A stretch of DNA of 64,000 nt from an uncultured Clostridia bacterium (GTDB taxonomy: Bacteria > Bacillota > Clostridia > TANB77 > CAG-508). The translations under genes were made by a program, and so were the position numbers. This document shows, piece by piece, positions 43,649 through 57,122 of this stretch. The notes below the pieces were generated by a model. It worked only from the letters and a program-made list of their open reading frames with translations, had not been told where the DNA came from and did not search any database. The DNA is taken from the NCBI GenBank assembly GCA_947591045.1, contig CANQCV010000006.1:5953-69952 (forward strand). The letters run 5' to 3'. Within the stretch, counting starts at the first letter, position 1. Each line of letters starts with the position of its first letter.

Positions 43649-44548
43649 CTAAATTTCTTCATTTAAAGTATCATTATTATATTGAATATCATTATTTATA
43701 TCATTTTCTGTACTAATAGTATTTTCATTTGGAACTATCTCTGATTTTTTCTCTTCCTTTTCCTTTTCTTTTTCTGCTAATTCTTTTAAATACTTGCCCC
43801 AAGGATTTTCTTTCGCTGGATCTGTTGGATCCCAACCTCTTACACTTTTAGGAGCATTACTTATTTTTCGCGCAGTAGGTTTTCCTAATGGACCAGGATT
43901 TGAACTAGAATAAAACTCTACTTGTGTTCCTATTTCACAATTGTCATAAATCCATTTTGCATCTATACAAGTCAATCTTATACATCCAAGTGATGCCTTT
44001 GTTCCTAGCTTGTCATATGCCCAATATTCTAGGCTCGCATGATTTCCTTTTTCCAAATATGGAACCGAATGAAATAATATGTCACCTACAACTTGTGTAG
44101 CATATTGAGTATATACTCCGCCTATCATTCTAAGCCAATTATATTTATATGGTATTTTGTATACTCCTGATGTTGGAGTATTTGTTCCTGTTGAGCAAAC
44201 CATTGCTTTAACTGGTACTGTGTACTTTCCTTTTTTATCTTTTTTATATATTGTAACAACTTGTGCTTTGTAATTTACTTTTATATAGTATTTTGGTGTA
44301 GTAACTACTTTCTTTTTATTTGTTTGTTTTACTTCTTTTTCACTATCTACATCATTTATATCTTCGTTAGAAGTTAATTTTTCTACCGATTGTTCTTCAT
44401 CTCCATTTAAAACGGCAGATACAGTTTTAGTATTATTATCATTTCGTATTAAACAAAAAATAGTAATATCTATAAAAAAGCAAATAAATATTGCAATAAG
44501 CACATATAAAACTGTCATTCTATTTTGTACTATTTTTATTTTATCCAT
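43649..44548 (-). CDS. L,D-transpeptidase (YkuD domain), membrane anchored
   Basis: ILFHS...SLGCIRL catalytic motif; N-terminal TM. Confidence 0.85.
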   Translation of the reverse strand: MDKIKIVQNRMTVLYVLIAIFICFFIDITIFCLIRNDNNTKTVSAVLNGDEEQSVEKLTSNEDINDVDSEKEVKQTNKKKVVTTPKYYIKVNYKAQVVTIYKKDKKGKYTVPVKAMVCSTGTNTPTSGVYKIPYKYNWLRMIGGVYTQYATQVVGDILFHSVPYLEKGNHASLEYWAYDKLGTKASLGCIRLTCIDAKWIYDNCEIGTQVEFYSSSNPGPLGKPTARKISNAPKSVRGWDPTDPAKENPWGKYLKELAEKEKEKEEKKSEIVPNENTISTENDINNDIQYNNDTLNEEI

Positions 44549-44663
44549 GTAATTCACCTTTCATTTTCTACTGCTATATTTCTATATTCGTATTTATAAT
44601 ATATTAAATTTTACAATTTATCAATAAAAAACATAAAAATAGTAGTAATTTTGAGCAAATAAT

Positions 44664-44784
44664 AAAAGCACCACATATGCTCTGCCAAGCTTTGTGGTGT
44701 TTTACCTAATTTTTATGGTAGCACGCATTTCTGTGGCTCTCATTTTCTATGTTTAATTATACAGTTATTTTTTATGTTTGTCAA
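44664..44784 (-). other. Orphan sigmaA transcription unit: candidate sRNA or 13-aa peptide (44702..44743) with terminator
   Basis: TTGACA(44784-44779)-N17-TATAAT(44761-44756); ORF MRATEMRATIKIR; hairpin 44664-44703. Confidence 0.45.
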
Positions 44785-44863
44785 ATTTTTTAGAAATATA
44801 AATGGTACAACTTTTTGTCCTATGTCATAAAATTTCATACCCATTTTTTACGAGTTAATTAGT

Positions 44864-46154
44864 TTAATTGTTATTTCCATCATAAGCTAACCTTGTATCA
44901 TAATTTAGCCTGATTTCTTCAGTAGTAAGGGGTCTTGTATAAAGCCTACAATTTTTTAAAGTCATTTTACCATAATCATTATACCATCCTTTTACAACAT
45001 CACCATTTCGGATATTTCCAAGAAAAAATGAATCAGCACTACTGCTTTTACATTTCTCTTTAAATTTTTCCCATTGTTCAGTATTCAAATAAGATGATAT
45101 AACCAATTTTCCATTTTCATAAAGTGAAAGTTTGTAACCAGTATAATTTTGTTCTTTTACATTAGTTTCGTTTCCAATTTCAGATAAATTAAGAACTAGA
45201 CTAAAATTCACAGGCTCATTCATTTTAATTCCTTTTGGAACATTAGTATTGTATCCCCATGTCTTATGAGACCACTTAGAATATATTGAATTATCTCCAG
45301 CAGTCAGCAAAAGAATATAATCCTCTCGACCGTTCAACAACTAAGTTAGAAGAAATAGATTTTAGTATGTTAGAATTGCCAAATGAAAATAGACCACAAA
45401 TATTAATATCAACATCGTATTGATTATTATCAAAATCTCTAAAACCTCCTTTGCACATACCTGTAAATTCAAATGTAAATCCTTTACTAAACAAATCATC
45501 TGATATCTTGTTACTTGTTATAGATATATAATCATTTTTACCATCAAATAAAAATCCTTCACTATTAAATCCACTGTTAGTTCCTAAATCTTGTTCTTCA
45601 AAATTATGCAGTGTCACATTGTCTCCTAGTGCTTTTTCTATTTCTTCTGTAGTCCATTTTTCTTTTTTGTCCATCATTGCTGTATCTATGTTTAATACTA
45701 ATCCATCTTTTACTGCAACCGAATCTCCTAATGACATTGATGCGTATTTTCCATTTAATTGCTTTACTTCTCCTGTTTCATAGTTTACCACCCAATTGTT
45801 TTGTGCTTTACTTCCATTTGGTAATGCATCACCTTGTTTTACAAAATTCCATCCATCTGCATATGTATTTTCTCCATCTTTTATCATATGCCAATCTGGA
45901 TTTGATACATCTTTTTTTGATAGTTTTTCTCCTAGCTTATCTGTTTCATTATTAGTTATACTATAATTTAAAACAGATATACTTAATGTTTCCATTTCTG
46001 ATGCCGTATCATAGCTTTTTACTGCTTTTTGAGTTTGTTCAAACAAACCATTTTCTCCTAATACAGAATTTATACTTATTGTTGCAAGTATTATTAATAT
46101 TACTATCGTGATTACTAACGCAATAAGTGTAATACCTTTTCCATCTTTCATCAT
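44864..46154 (-). CDS. Prepilin-type N-terminus + LamG/concanavalin-like protein, about 429 aa, needs a +1 shift at CGG 45330-45332
   Basis: GITLIALVITIVILIILA; LamG-like FDGKNDYI in the first ORF and LYENG...RLYTRPLTTEEI..NY in the second; junction GAA-[C]-GGT. Confidence 0.75.
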
Positions 46155-46328
46155 TTGTCCTCACTTTCTTATATTAAATCAATAATTAACCATTGCTAAT
46201 ATTATATAAATAATTTATCAAAAAATCAATAGCTGATTATTCTTTTTTTGTAGACTTTTTTTGTAGAAAGTGATTTCTTATAATAGTTTTGAAATAACTT
46301 TGTATAAAAAATAATGGATTAATTTCCA

Positions 46329-46670
46329 TTATTTTAGCTTTTTTTCTAATTTTTCTATTCCTTCTCGAATAGCTATATTCATTACAACATACTTAAAAGA
46401 ACTATATTTTTTTGCTAGTTGATTTAAACATTCCAATACAGGCTCTCTAAATGCTACAGAATGTTTTGATGTTGGTCCAATGTTTCCTATTTCTATTGTT
46501 TCTTTTTGTTTGTATGCAAAATCAATAATTGATGCATTTATTATTTTACTTACTGAACAATCATTAAATTCTTGTGATAATTTTTCTAGTCTATCAAATA
46601 ATTCATCTGATATATTTACAGTTCTTTGTATTAATTTTTCTCTTTTTACAAAGCTATCTAATATTTCCAT
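46329..46670 (-). CDS. Putative ribbon-helix-helix DNA-binding protein (two RHH-like units)
   Basis: RTVNISDELFDRLEKLS...SVSKIINASI and HSVAFREPVLECLNQLA...VMNIAIREG. Confidence 0.55.
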   Translation of the reverse strand: MEILDSFVKREKLIQRTVNISDELFDRLEKLSQEFNDCSVSKIINASIIDFAYKQKETIEIGNIGPTSKHSVAFREPVLECLNQLAKKYSSFKYVVMNIAIREGIEKLEKKLK

Positions 46671-46869
46671 TTTACACTACTCCTTAACAAATTATAGTAT
46701 AATTATATATGTCTATTAGTATATTTGTAAGACTAATGTATTGTGTTGTTAAATATATAATCAAATGTTATTTTTTATTTCATAATTATATAGTACATAC
46801 TAAAAAATACCATTCTTTTTCAGAATGGTATTTATATATCTGTTCTATAAGGTTCGAACAGAAATGTTT

Positions 46870-46945
46870 TGGAGCTTCCAAGCAGAATTGAACTGCTGAC
46901 CTCAGCCTTACCAAGGCTGCGCTCTACCTACTGAGCTATGAAAGC
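46870..46945 (-). tRNA. tRNA-Thr(GGT)
   Basis: 76 nt cloverleaf: GCTTTCA acceptor stem, anticodon arm CAGCC-TTGGTAA-GGCTG, GTTCAA T-loop, encoded CCA. Confidence 0.95.
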
Positions 46946-46951
46946 GTTTTA

Positions 46952-47599
46952 TTAGTCTTTGCTAATTCCTTTCATCGCTTTTTTTCTTATTCTTTGTATT
47001 GCATTATCAATTGATTTCACAGGAGTATCTAGCTTTTGAGCAATTTCTACATAACTTTCTCCACTAATATATCTATTTAATACTTGTCTTTCAAAATCAC
47101 TTAAAGATTTATCAATAGCGTTTTCTACACTTGTATAATATTCTTTTTTGGTAATTGTATCTAAAGGATCTTCAATTAAAGAAGAATTAAAAATTTCCAT
47201 AATTTCTGTATCGTCGTCTTTTTCTTCGTCATAAGCTGACATATTTAAAGACAAATATGAATTAAGTGGCATATGTTTTTGACGGTTAGATGTTTTAATA
47301 GCAGTAATTAACTGTCTTTCTATACACATATTAGCAAAAGTTTTAAAAGAATTATGTTGATCTGGTTTATAGCATTTAATTGCTTTAAATAAACCAATTA
47401 AACCCTCTTGAACAATATCATCTTTTTCTGCACCTATTATATAATATTTGCTTACTTTGATATTTACAAGTTCTTTATAACGATTAATTAAATGCTCAAG
47501 AGCGTACTTATCGCCAGATTTAATAATTTCAATTAAATCTTCGTCTTTTATGCTATCATATTGTTTTTGTGAAGAATAATATACATTTTGTTTGCTCAT
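46952..47599 (-). CDS. sigH: RNA polymerase sigma-H factor
   Basis: GAEKDDIVQEGLIGLFKAI, RQKHMPLNSYLSL and KSIDNAIQR motifs. Confidence 0.93.
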   Translation of the reverse strand: MSKQNVYYSSQKQYDSIKDEDLIEIIKSGDKYALEHLINRYKELVNIKVSKYYIIGAEKDDIVQEGLIGLFKAIKCYKPDQHNSFKTFANMCIERQLITAIKTSNRQKHMPLNSYLSLNMSAYDEEKDDDTEIMEIFNSSLIEDPLDTITKKEYYTSVENAIDKSLSDFERQVLNRYISGESYVEIAQKLDTPVKSIDNAIQRIRKKAMKGISKD

Positions 47600-47747
47600 T
47601 TTTTACTGTAATACCTCCCGATGTTTTCTTCTATGCTTGTATTATAAGGCATTCGAACTTTCAATGTCAATAGTAATTTAATAAAATATTGATATTTTGT
47701 ATATTTTATGTTACTATAATACTAAATTTTTTAATAGGAGATTATAT

Positions 47748-49463
47748 ATGGCATTTGACGGGTTAGTGACATTCACTATTTTAAAGGAACTACAAAATAA
47801 ACTAATAGGTGGAAAAATAGATAAAATTTTTCAGCCCAATTCTAATGAAGTTTTATTAGGAACTTATTGTGATGGAATAAATTATACCTTAGATATAGTA
47901 ATTTCGTCAAATCATTATCGTATCTGTACTACTACATCTTCAAAAACCAATCCTATGTATGCTCCTAACTTTTGTATGGTTCTTCGAAAGCATTTACTTA
48001 ACACAAGAATTTCAAAAATTAATATTACTTCTTTAGAAAGAATTGTTACTATAGAATTTGAAGGTCATAGTAAATCAGAAGATAATGGTACTAAAAAGCT
48101 AATTATAGAACTTATGGGAAAATATAGTAATGTAATACTATTAAATTCCAAAGATGTTATTATAGACTCATTAAAGCACTTTCACATTAGTGATAATTCT
48201 TATAGAGATATTGTACCAAATAGCAAATATATTTTTCCTCTTTCTAACAAATTAGATTTTATGCAAATAAAAACAGCAGAGGAATTTTATAATAAAACAA
48301 CTGAGCTTAATACCAATAATTGTCTACTATCTGATGCAATATCAAATACCTACACAGGAATTAGCAAAACATCTATATTGGCAATTACAAAATATCTAAA
48401 TATCGATAACTCTCTTTCAAAAGATAACATGGATAAAGTTTATTTATATTTAAAAAATACTATAGAAAACTCTTCTTATGTTACACTATCTAATGTTTTA
48501 AATAACGATTTTTCTATTAAATATAATTGTTCTGAAAAGGAAAACCCTTTACAAGCAAACTTTTTTGTTGATGATTATTATTCGCAAAAGGAAATTGTAG
48601 AAACATTTACAACTTACCGCAACAATTTATCAAAACTAATTTTAAATTATATGAAAAAATTAAATCAAAAATTAGTTCAAATTAATAATAAACTAGAAGA
48701 ATGTAAAAATGCTAACCTGTATCGTTTGTATGGTGAATTAATCACAAACAACTTATACAGAATTACTAATATGCATTTAGAAAATATAACACTTGAAAAT
48801 TATTACGAAAATAATGAGCTTATAACTATTCCTTTAGATAAAACTATCTCTCCTTCAGCAAATGCAAAAAATTATTTTAAGAAATATAATAAGCTAAAAA
48901 ATGCAAAATTAATTGTAGAAAATCAAAAAAATGATGTTGAAAACCAAATAAACTATTTAGAAAGCATTGTCTATGCATTTCAAGTAGCAACAACTGTTTC
49001 TGATATTGACGACATATATAATGAATTTACAGAAAATGTACTTGATAAACATCATATATCTAAACAAAAAGTTAAAAAGAATAAAACCAAAAAGAATACT
49101 AAAATTGTAAAGAAAATAGGTGAATCAATAAAAACTCAAGTTGATGGTTTCACAGTTTTAATCGGAAAAAATAATAAACAAAATGATTATCTTACAAAGC
49201 AAGCTAACCCAGAAGACATATGGTTTCATGTAAAGGATAATCATGGTAGTCATGTTATATTAAAAACAGAAAATAAAGTTCCTACACAAGATACAATAAA
49301 TAGATGTGCATCTCTTGCAGCTTTTTATAGCAAAGCTCAAAATTCAAGTAATGTTCCTGTAGATTACACATATGTTAAATATGTAAAAAAGCCTTCAAAT
49401 GCAAAACCTGGGATGGTAATTTATACAAATTATAAAAATGTAATAGTAAAGCCCAAAGATTAA
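47748..49463 (+). CDS. rqcH: Ribosome quality-control factor RqcH (NFACT/FbpA family)
   Basis: MAFDG start after AGGAG, IELMGKYSN, IGKNNKQND, WFHVKDNHGSHV, KPGMVIY. Confidence 0.9.
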   Translation: MAFDGLVTFTILKELQNKLIGGKIDKIFQPNSNEVLLGTYCDGINYTLDIVISSNHYRICTTTSSKTNPMYAPNFCMVLRKHLLNTRISKINITSLERIVTIEFEGHSKSEDNGTKKLIIELMGKYSNVILLNSKDVIIDSLKHFHISDNSYRDIVPNSKYIFPLSNKLDFMQIKTAEEFYNKTTELNTNNCLLSDAISNTYTGISKTSILAITKYLNIDNSLSKDNMDKVYLYLKNTIENSSYVTLSNVLNNDFSIKYNCSEKENPLQANFFVDDYYSQKEIVETFTTYRNNLSKLILNYMKKLNQKLVQINNKLEECKNANLYRLYGELITNNLYRITNMHLENITLENYYENNELITIPLDKTISPSANAKNYFKKYNKLKNAKLIVENQKNDVENQINYLESIVYAFQVATTVSDIDDIYNEFTENVLDKHHISKQKVKKNKTKKNTKIVKKIGESIKTQVDGFTVLIGKNNKQNDYLTKQANPEDIWFHVKDNHGSHVILKTENKVPTQDTINRCASLAAFYSKAQNSSNVPVDYTYVKYVKKPSNAKPGMVIYTNYKNVIVKPKD

Positions 49464-49490
49464 GGAGTCTCCTTTCGAAGACTCCTTTTT
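49462..49490. terminator. Bidirectional terminator
   Basis: AAGGAGTCTCCTTTCGAAGACTCCTTTTT between convergent genes. Confidence 0.65.
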
Positions 49491-49496
49491 CCGTAC

Positions 49497-49781
49497 TCAA
49501 TTGAGCACCGTTTGCAGAGGTTTGATTCCGTTGAAAAAGACATTCTTTTCTCCGAGCATCATCATGATTCTCCTTTTCATTTCGTCGGGGAAGTTGTTGC
49601 AGTCTCTTCCGCTCTTCAAAGAGCCGATGCCGATGTAGACATTCCTTTGACCGTTTTCGAGGGTAACCACCGATTGCCCGGTGATTTCCATCCCAGCGCT
49701 CTTTAGCATAAGGTTGATTTCATCAACCTTGTAGGCAGGGATCCGGTTAACAGTCTCGATGTTGATTCTTTTTTCGGTCAT
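49497..49781 (-). CDS. Hypothetical protein with markedly higher GC than its surroundings
   Basis: GGAGG RBS, ATG 49781; own TTGCAA-N17-TATAAT promoter (49863-49835); many C/G-ending codons; in-frame CGG at 49743-49745. Confidence 0.7.
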   Translation of the reverse strand: MTEKRINIETVNRIPAYKVDEINLMLKSAGMEITGQSVVTLENGQRNVYIGIGSLKSGRDCNNFPDEMKRRIMMMLGEKNVFFNGIKPLQTVLN

Positions 49782-49871
49782 GATTCTTACCTCCAAAAAT
49801 GTTATTTAGTGTCAAATATATGACTACTATAGTTATTATATCACACTTTTTAAATAATTGCAAAATTATGT

Positions 49872-50111
49872 TTACATATTATTTATACGATATTCAATAT
49901 CCTCCATAAATGGAAATATTTCTTTAACTCTTTTTAATGTTAGCATAAGCTGTTTGGGCTGTGGATTTTTCTTTTCAGTAGATAAGAGCTTTTGTGTATA
50001 ACAGTTATCTGCTGTTTTAAATAATACATATCTATTTCCAACATATGTGTAATAAATTTGGTATCCATTTTTTAAATCTAACCACATTTTTTCAAATGTA
50101 TAACCTTCCAT
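49872..50111 (-). CDS. Hypothetical protein
   Basis: GGAGG RBS before ATG 50111; directly downstream of ligA. Confidence 0.65.
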   Translation of the reverse strand: MEGYTFEKMWLDLKNGYQIYYTYVGNRYVLFKTADNCYTQKLLSTEKKNPQPKQLMLTLKRVKEIFPFMEDIEYRINNM

Positions 50112-50147
50112 CTTTCCTCCACTTATCATTACTTAAGTCTTGTGCCA

Positions 50148-52154
<2,007 letters not shown>

Positions 52155-52206
52155 TTATTTTATTTTTCTTCTTTAGCAACATACTTTCTTTAAGCTATGC
52201 TCTTTG

Positions 52207-52800
52207 TTACTCTTTAAGTAATTCCTTACTTCCTTTTAAATAATCAAGACCAGATATGATTGTTGCAATAACAGATAATATTAGCATAACTGTTACTATT
52301 AAGTTTAAACCAAAGTCAACACCTGTTAATTTTTGAGTAAATATTGCACCAAATGGGCTTTTATCCACAAATGCAAGAGCAAGCCCTACCATTTGTGTTG
52401 ATGTTTTAATTTTTCCCCAAATACTTGCTGCAATGACATTACCTTGTTTTTCTACTGCAACTAGCCTATATCCAGATACAATAAATTCTCTAATAACAAC
52501 AATCGATGGTATCCAATATGGAATTTTATTTTCCCCTACTAACATAAGCATTGCTACAATAACTAATATTTTGTCAGCAATAGGATCTAAAAACTTGCCA
52601 AATGTTGTAATTTGATTTCTAGAACGAGCTATGTAACCATCTAACTTATCTGTTATAGATGCCAATATAAAAATCACATCTACTATTAAATATGTTAAAG
52701 GAATTCCATAGACCTGTGTTTGTATATTAAATAGTGGAATAATCATTATAATTGGTACTAAAATAATTCTAAATATTGTTAATTTATTTGCTAAATTCAT
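52207..52800 (-). CDS. pgsA: CDP-diacylglycerol--glycerol-3-phosphate 3-phosphatidyltransferase
   Basis: MNLANKLT, DKLDGYIAR...GKFLDPIADK. Confidence 0.93.
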   Translation of the reverse strand: MNLANKLTIFRIILVPIIMIIPLFNIQTQVYGIPLTYLIVDVIFILASITDKLDGYIARSRNQITTFGKFLDPIADKILVIVAMLMLVGENKIPYWIPSIVVIREFIVSGYRLVAVEKQGNVIAASIWGKIKTSTQMVGLALAFVDKSPFGAIFTQKLTGVDFGLNLIVTVMLILSVIATIISGLDYLKGSKELLKE

Positions 52801-52816
52801 TTTCTCCCTCCTTAGT

Positions 52817-53872
52817 TTAATCAATAAACATTGCATCTCCGAAGCTAAAAAAGCGGTACTTTTCTTTTACAGCTTCATTATATGCTTTCATAATAAAATC
52901 TCTATTTGCAAATGCAGATACTAGCATAATTAAAGTCGATTCTGGTAAATGAAAATTTGTAATTAATGCGTCAATACATTTGAATTTATACCCTGGATAG
53001 ATAAAAATGCCTGTGTCACTTTCTATTTCTTTTACAAATCCATTTTCATCACTTATAGACTCCAATACTCTGCATGATGTTGTTCCTACTGCAATTATTC
53101 TTCCCCCATTTTGCTTTGTTTTATTTATCTTTTCTACATCCTCTTGTTTTATATAAAAATGCTCTGTATGCATATGATGTTCTTCTACATTTTCGACCTT
53201 TACTGGTCTAAATGTTCCTATTCCTACATGAAGTGTAACATTTGCAATTTGAACACCTTTGTTTTTAATTTGTTCTAAAAGCTCGTCTGTAAAATGAAGT
53301 CCTGCCGTTGGTGCTGCACTTGAGCCTTCATATTTTGCATATACAGTCTGATAACGGTCTTTTTCTTTTAAAGTTTCATGTATATATGGTGGAAGTGGCA
53401 TTAGTCCAATTTTATCCAAAATTTCATTAAAAATTCCTTCATATGTAAATTTTACTTTTCTATTTCCACCTTCTAGTGTTTCTAAAACTTCTCCTTCTAA
53501 AAGTCCATCTCCAAAATTCACTTTTGCACCTTGTTTTAGTCTTCTACCTGGTCTTACCATTACTTCCCAAATTTCTTCATTTTTTGAATCTTGACTTTGT
53601 TTCTTTCCCTCTATTCTATTTAATAATAGAAACTCAACTTGAATCTTCGTGTCTGTTTTTATGCCGTAAAGTCTAGCAGGAATAACTTTTGTGTTATTCC
53701 TAACTAGACAATCTCCTGGCTTTAAATATTCTAAAATATCTTTAAAAACTTTATTTTCTATTGTTTGCGTTTTTCTATGAAGCACCATTAATCGAGACGA
53801 AGACCTATCTTTAATAGGAAACTGTGCAATTAATTCTTCTGGTAAATCATAGTTAAAATCTGATACTTTCAT
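52817..53872 (-). CDS. queA: S-adenosylmethionine:tRNA ribosyltransferase-isomerase
   Basis: [25 protein letters not shown] and FSFGDAM motifs. Confidence 0.96.
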   Translation of the reverse strand: MKVSDFNYDLPEELIAQFPIKDRSSSRLMVLHRKTQTIENKVFKDILEYLKPGDCLVRNNTKVIPARLYGIKTDTKIQVEFLLLNRIEGKKQSQDSKNEEIWEVMVRPGRRLKQGAKVNFGDGLLEGEVLETLEGGNRKVKFTYEGIFNEILDKIGLMPLPPYIHETLKEKDRYQTVYAKYEGSSAAPTAGLHFTDELLEQIKNKGVQIANVTLHVGIGTFRPVKVENVEEHHMHTEHFYIKQEDVEKINKTKQNGGRIIAVGTTSCRVLESISDENGFVKEIESDTGIFIYPGYKFKCIDALITNFHLPESTLIMLVSAFANRDFIMKAYNEAVKEKYRFFSFGDAMFID

Positions 53873-53898
53873 TTTTATTTCCTTTTCTTTTTTATTTG

Positions 53899-56670
53899 CT
53901 ACTTTATTGCCTCGCTACATCTATGGCAAATCGTAGGATTTTGTTTATCTTCTCCTACTGTTGTAGAATACATCCAGCATCTTTCACATTTTTCTCCTGG
54001 GGCTTGTTCTACCTTTACGCCTAATTTTACATCATCTTTTCTTTCATTCTCTAAAACTTCTAAATCAGAAATAATAAATACAGTTCTTAATAACTCCAAA
54101 TTTTCTTTTATAAATTCGTACTCTTTTGGCTGTGCATAAATTGTTACTTTTGCATTTAAAGAATGTCCTATTGTCTTATCTGCTCTTGCATTTTCCAATT
54201 CTTTTGCAACAATATCCTTTAATTCTATAATTTTATCCCATTTTTCACTTAAATCTGCATTATCATATTGTGCATTTGGTTTTGGAAAATCTGTAAGCAT
54301 AACACTTTCTACTTGTTCATTTTTCTTGTGAGGCATTGCTTTCCAAATCTCCTCTGCTGTAAATACAATCATAGGTGCAAGTAATTTTACAAGATTATCT
54401 AATATGATATACATAGTAGTTTGAGCTGCTCTTCTTTCTACTGAATCTACTTTTGATGTATATAACCTATCTTTAATAATATCCAAATAGAAATTACTCA
54501 TATCAATTACACAGAATTGGTTAATATCATGATAACAATTATTAAAACTATATCTATCATAATTTTCTGTACAATCTTTTACTAATTTATTTAGTCTTGT
54601 TAATGCCCATTTGTCTATTTCTTGTAAATCTTCATATTTTACAGGCTCATCTGGGTTGTAATCTGATGTATTTCCTAAAATATATCTTGCTGTATTTCTA
54701 ATTTTTCTATATACTTCTGAAATTTGTTTTAATATATCGTCAGAAAGACTAACTTCACCAGTATAATCTGCTGATAATGCCCATAGTCTTAAAATATCAG
54801 CTCCAAATTTATTTGCAACATCTTCTGGTGAAACACCATTTCCAAGACTCTTTGACATTTTTCTACCCTGTCCATCAGTAACAAATCCATGTGTTAATAC
54901 TTCTTTGTATGGAGCTACTCCATTTGTTGCAACTGATGTAAGAAGTGATGATTGGAACCAACCTCTGTACTGGTCATTTCCCTCTAGATACATATCTGCA
55001 GGATATGGAAGACCTCTTTCTACTAAAACACTTTGATGTGTTGAACCAGAATCAAACCATACATCCATAATATCTGTTTCTTTTCTAAAATGAGTATGAC
55101 CACATTTAGCACATTTTGCACCCTCTGGCATTAACTGTTCTACTGACATATCATACCAAGCATTTGAACCTTTTTGTGCAAAAATTTCTTGAATTTTCTT
55201 AATAGATTCTTCTGTTACATATGGTGCTTTACACTCTTCGCAGTAGAATATTGGAAGTGGAACTCCCCACGTACGCTGTCTTGAAATACACCAGTCTGCT
55301 CTGTCACGAATCATACTTGAAATTCTTTCTTCTCCCCATTCAGGGTACCATTTTACATTTTTTATTGCTTCCAAAGCTTGTTTTCTAAATCCTTCTACTG
55401 ATGCAAACCATTGCTCTGTTGCTCTAAATATAACTGGTTTTTTACATCTCCAACAATGTGGATATGAGTGTGATATTTCTCTTTCTTTCAATAAATAACC
55501 ATTTTCATCAAGCCATTTTGTAATTTCTTTATTTGATTTTGCATAAAACATTCCTGCAAAAGGTCCTGCACCTTCTGTTTGGTAACCCTTGCTATCAACA
55601 GTTACTATAATCTCTAAACCATTTTTGATACCTGCTAGATAATCTTCTTTACCATAACTTGGTGCTGTATGAACTGCACCTGTACCTTCTGTTAATTCTA
55701 CTGCAACTGTATCGTCACTTCCTAAAATTACTCTTGAATCTCTGTCTAAAAATGGATGTCTACATAGTACACCTTCTAAATCACTACCTTTTAAAGTTTG
55801 TAGCTCTTTATAATCCTTTATTCCTGCCTCGTTCATTACATTATCTACCAAAGCAGTAGCTATAATATATTTTTCTTTTCCAACATCTACTATGCTATAA
55901 TCAAAATCTGCTCCTACTGTTATACCTGTATTTCCTGGAAGTGTCCATGGAGTTGTTGTCCAGATTACAATAGCTGTATCTTTTGCATCAAACTTTCCTT
56001 TTGAATCTCTTACAGGAAATTTAACATAAATTGATGACGAAGTTACATCCTTGTACTCTATTTCTGCTTCTGCTAAGGCTGTCTCACAATCAGTACACCA
56101 ATATACTGGTTTTAAGCCTTGATAGATATATCCTTTTTTGTACATATCTCCAAATACACCAATTTGTCTTGCCTCAAGTTTAGAATCAAAAGTAATATAT
56201 GGGTTATCCCAATCTCCTAAAACACCTAATCTTTTAAAGCCTTTGATTTGTACATCTTTATATTTATCAGTAAAATCTCTACAAGTATCTCTAAATTGTG
56301 TAACTGGTATTTTACTTCTATCTAAGCCCAATTTTTCAATAGCTTTTTTCTCTGTTGGCATTCCATGTGTATCAAAACCAGGAATATATGGTGTATAAAA
56401 GCCTTGTAGACTTTTATATCTAACAACAGTATCCTTTAATATTTTATTTAAAGCATGACCTGCATGAATTTCGCCATTAGCATAAGGAGGGCCATCATGT
56501 AATACAAAGCTCTTGTGTCCCTCATTTTTCTTTAACATTTTTTCATATAAGCCATTTTCAAAAATTTCCTCTAAAATAACTGGCTCTCTTTCTGGCAAGC
56601 TTGCTCTCATAGGAAAATCTGTCTTTGGCAAATTTAATGTCTGTCCATAATCTTTCTTCTCTTCACTCAT
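53899..56670 (-). CDS. ileS: Isoleucyl-tRNA synthetase (type 1)
   Basis: [25 protein letters not shown] and C-terminal Zn finger. Confidence 0.97.
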   Translation of the reverse strand: MSEEKKDYGQTLNLPKTDFPMRASLPEREPVILEEIFENGLYEKMLKKNEGHKSFVLHDGPPYANGEIHAGHALNKILKDTVVRYKSLQGFYTPYIPGFDTHGMPTEKKAIEKLGLDRSKIPVTQFRDTCRDFTDKYKDVQIKGFKRLGVLGDWDNPYITFDSKLEARQIGVFGDMYKKGYIYQGLKPVYWCTDCETALAEAEIEYKDVTSSSIYVKFPVRDSKGKFDAKDTAIVIWTTTPWTLPGNTGITVGADFDYSIVDVGKEKYIIATALVDNVMNEAGIKDYKELQTLKGSDLEGVLCRHPFLDRDSRVILGSDDTVAVELTEGTGAVHTAPSYGKEDYLAGIKNGLEIIVTVDSKGYQTEGAGPFAGMFYAKSNKEITKWLDENGYLLKEREISHSYPHCWRCKKPVIFRATEQWFASVEGFRKQALEAIKNVKWYPEWGEERISSMIRDRADWCISRQRTWGVPLPIFYCEECKAPYVTEESIKKIQEIFAQKGSNAWYDMSVEQLMPEGAKCAKCGHTHFRKETDIMDVWFDSGSTHQSVLVERGLPYPADMYLEGNDQYRGWFQSSLLTSVATNGVAPYKEVLTHGFVTDGQGRKMSKSLGNGVSPEDVANKFGADILRLWALSADYTGEVSLSDDILKQISEVYRKIRNTARYILGNTSDYNPDEPVKYEDLQEIDKWALTRLNKLVKDCTENYDRYSFNNCYHDINQFCVIDMSNFYLDIIKDRLYTSKVDSVERRAAQTTMYIILDNLVKLLAPMIVFTAEEIWKAMPHKKNEQVESVMLTDFPKPNAQYDNADLSEKWDKIIELKDIVAKELENARADKTIGHSLNAKVTIYAQPKEYEFIKENLELLRTVFIISDLEVLENERKDDVKLGVKVEQAPGEKCERCWMYSTTVGEDKQNPTICHRCSEAIK

Positions 56671-56695
56671 AATTTAAACTCCTCCTTCTATTATG

Positions 56696-56740
56696 ACCTG
56701 TCCCTTTTACGACAAAAATGGGAAAAAGGGTCAGGCCCCA
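56696..56740. repeat. REP-like dispersed repeat, copy 2 (palindromic)
   Basis: CCTGTCCCTTTT...AAAAGGGTCAGG; 32-bp identity with 33004-33035. Confidence 0.8.
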
Positions 56741-57003
56741 AAAAAAGCTGTTTCATTCCATATAGGACGAAACAGCTTAATATCCGTGGTACCACCTAAT
56801 TTAAAAGACTTATAAATCAAATCTTTTCACTCATTTTCCTTTAACGCAGAATTACGACTTAATTTACTAAAACTATGAATACGATTTTTCAATTAAGTAA
56901 CTAAAAGGTGATAACAAATATATCCTAATTTAGCTGAACTCTCACCTTACATCAGCTCTCTGTATAATGTTATATATTTGTGTTGTCCTTTATTATCGTT
57001 TTT
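56740..57003 (-). ncRNA. T-box riboswitch (Ile) upstream of ileS
   Basis: AGAGA and GGTGAGA stem I motifs, ATC specifier (56912-56910), AATTAGGTGGTACCACGG T-box, terminator AAGCTGTTTC...GAAACAGCTTTTTTT. Confidence 0.9.
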
Positions 57004-57122
57004 ATTTTTCTAATAAATTCAAGTAATATAATAACATAATTATAAATAAATTTCAATATTTGTTGTCAAATTATTTTATTTAATGATATAATCTTAAAAA
57101 CAATATAAGGAGTAAAATATAT

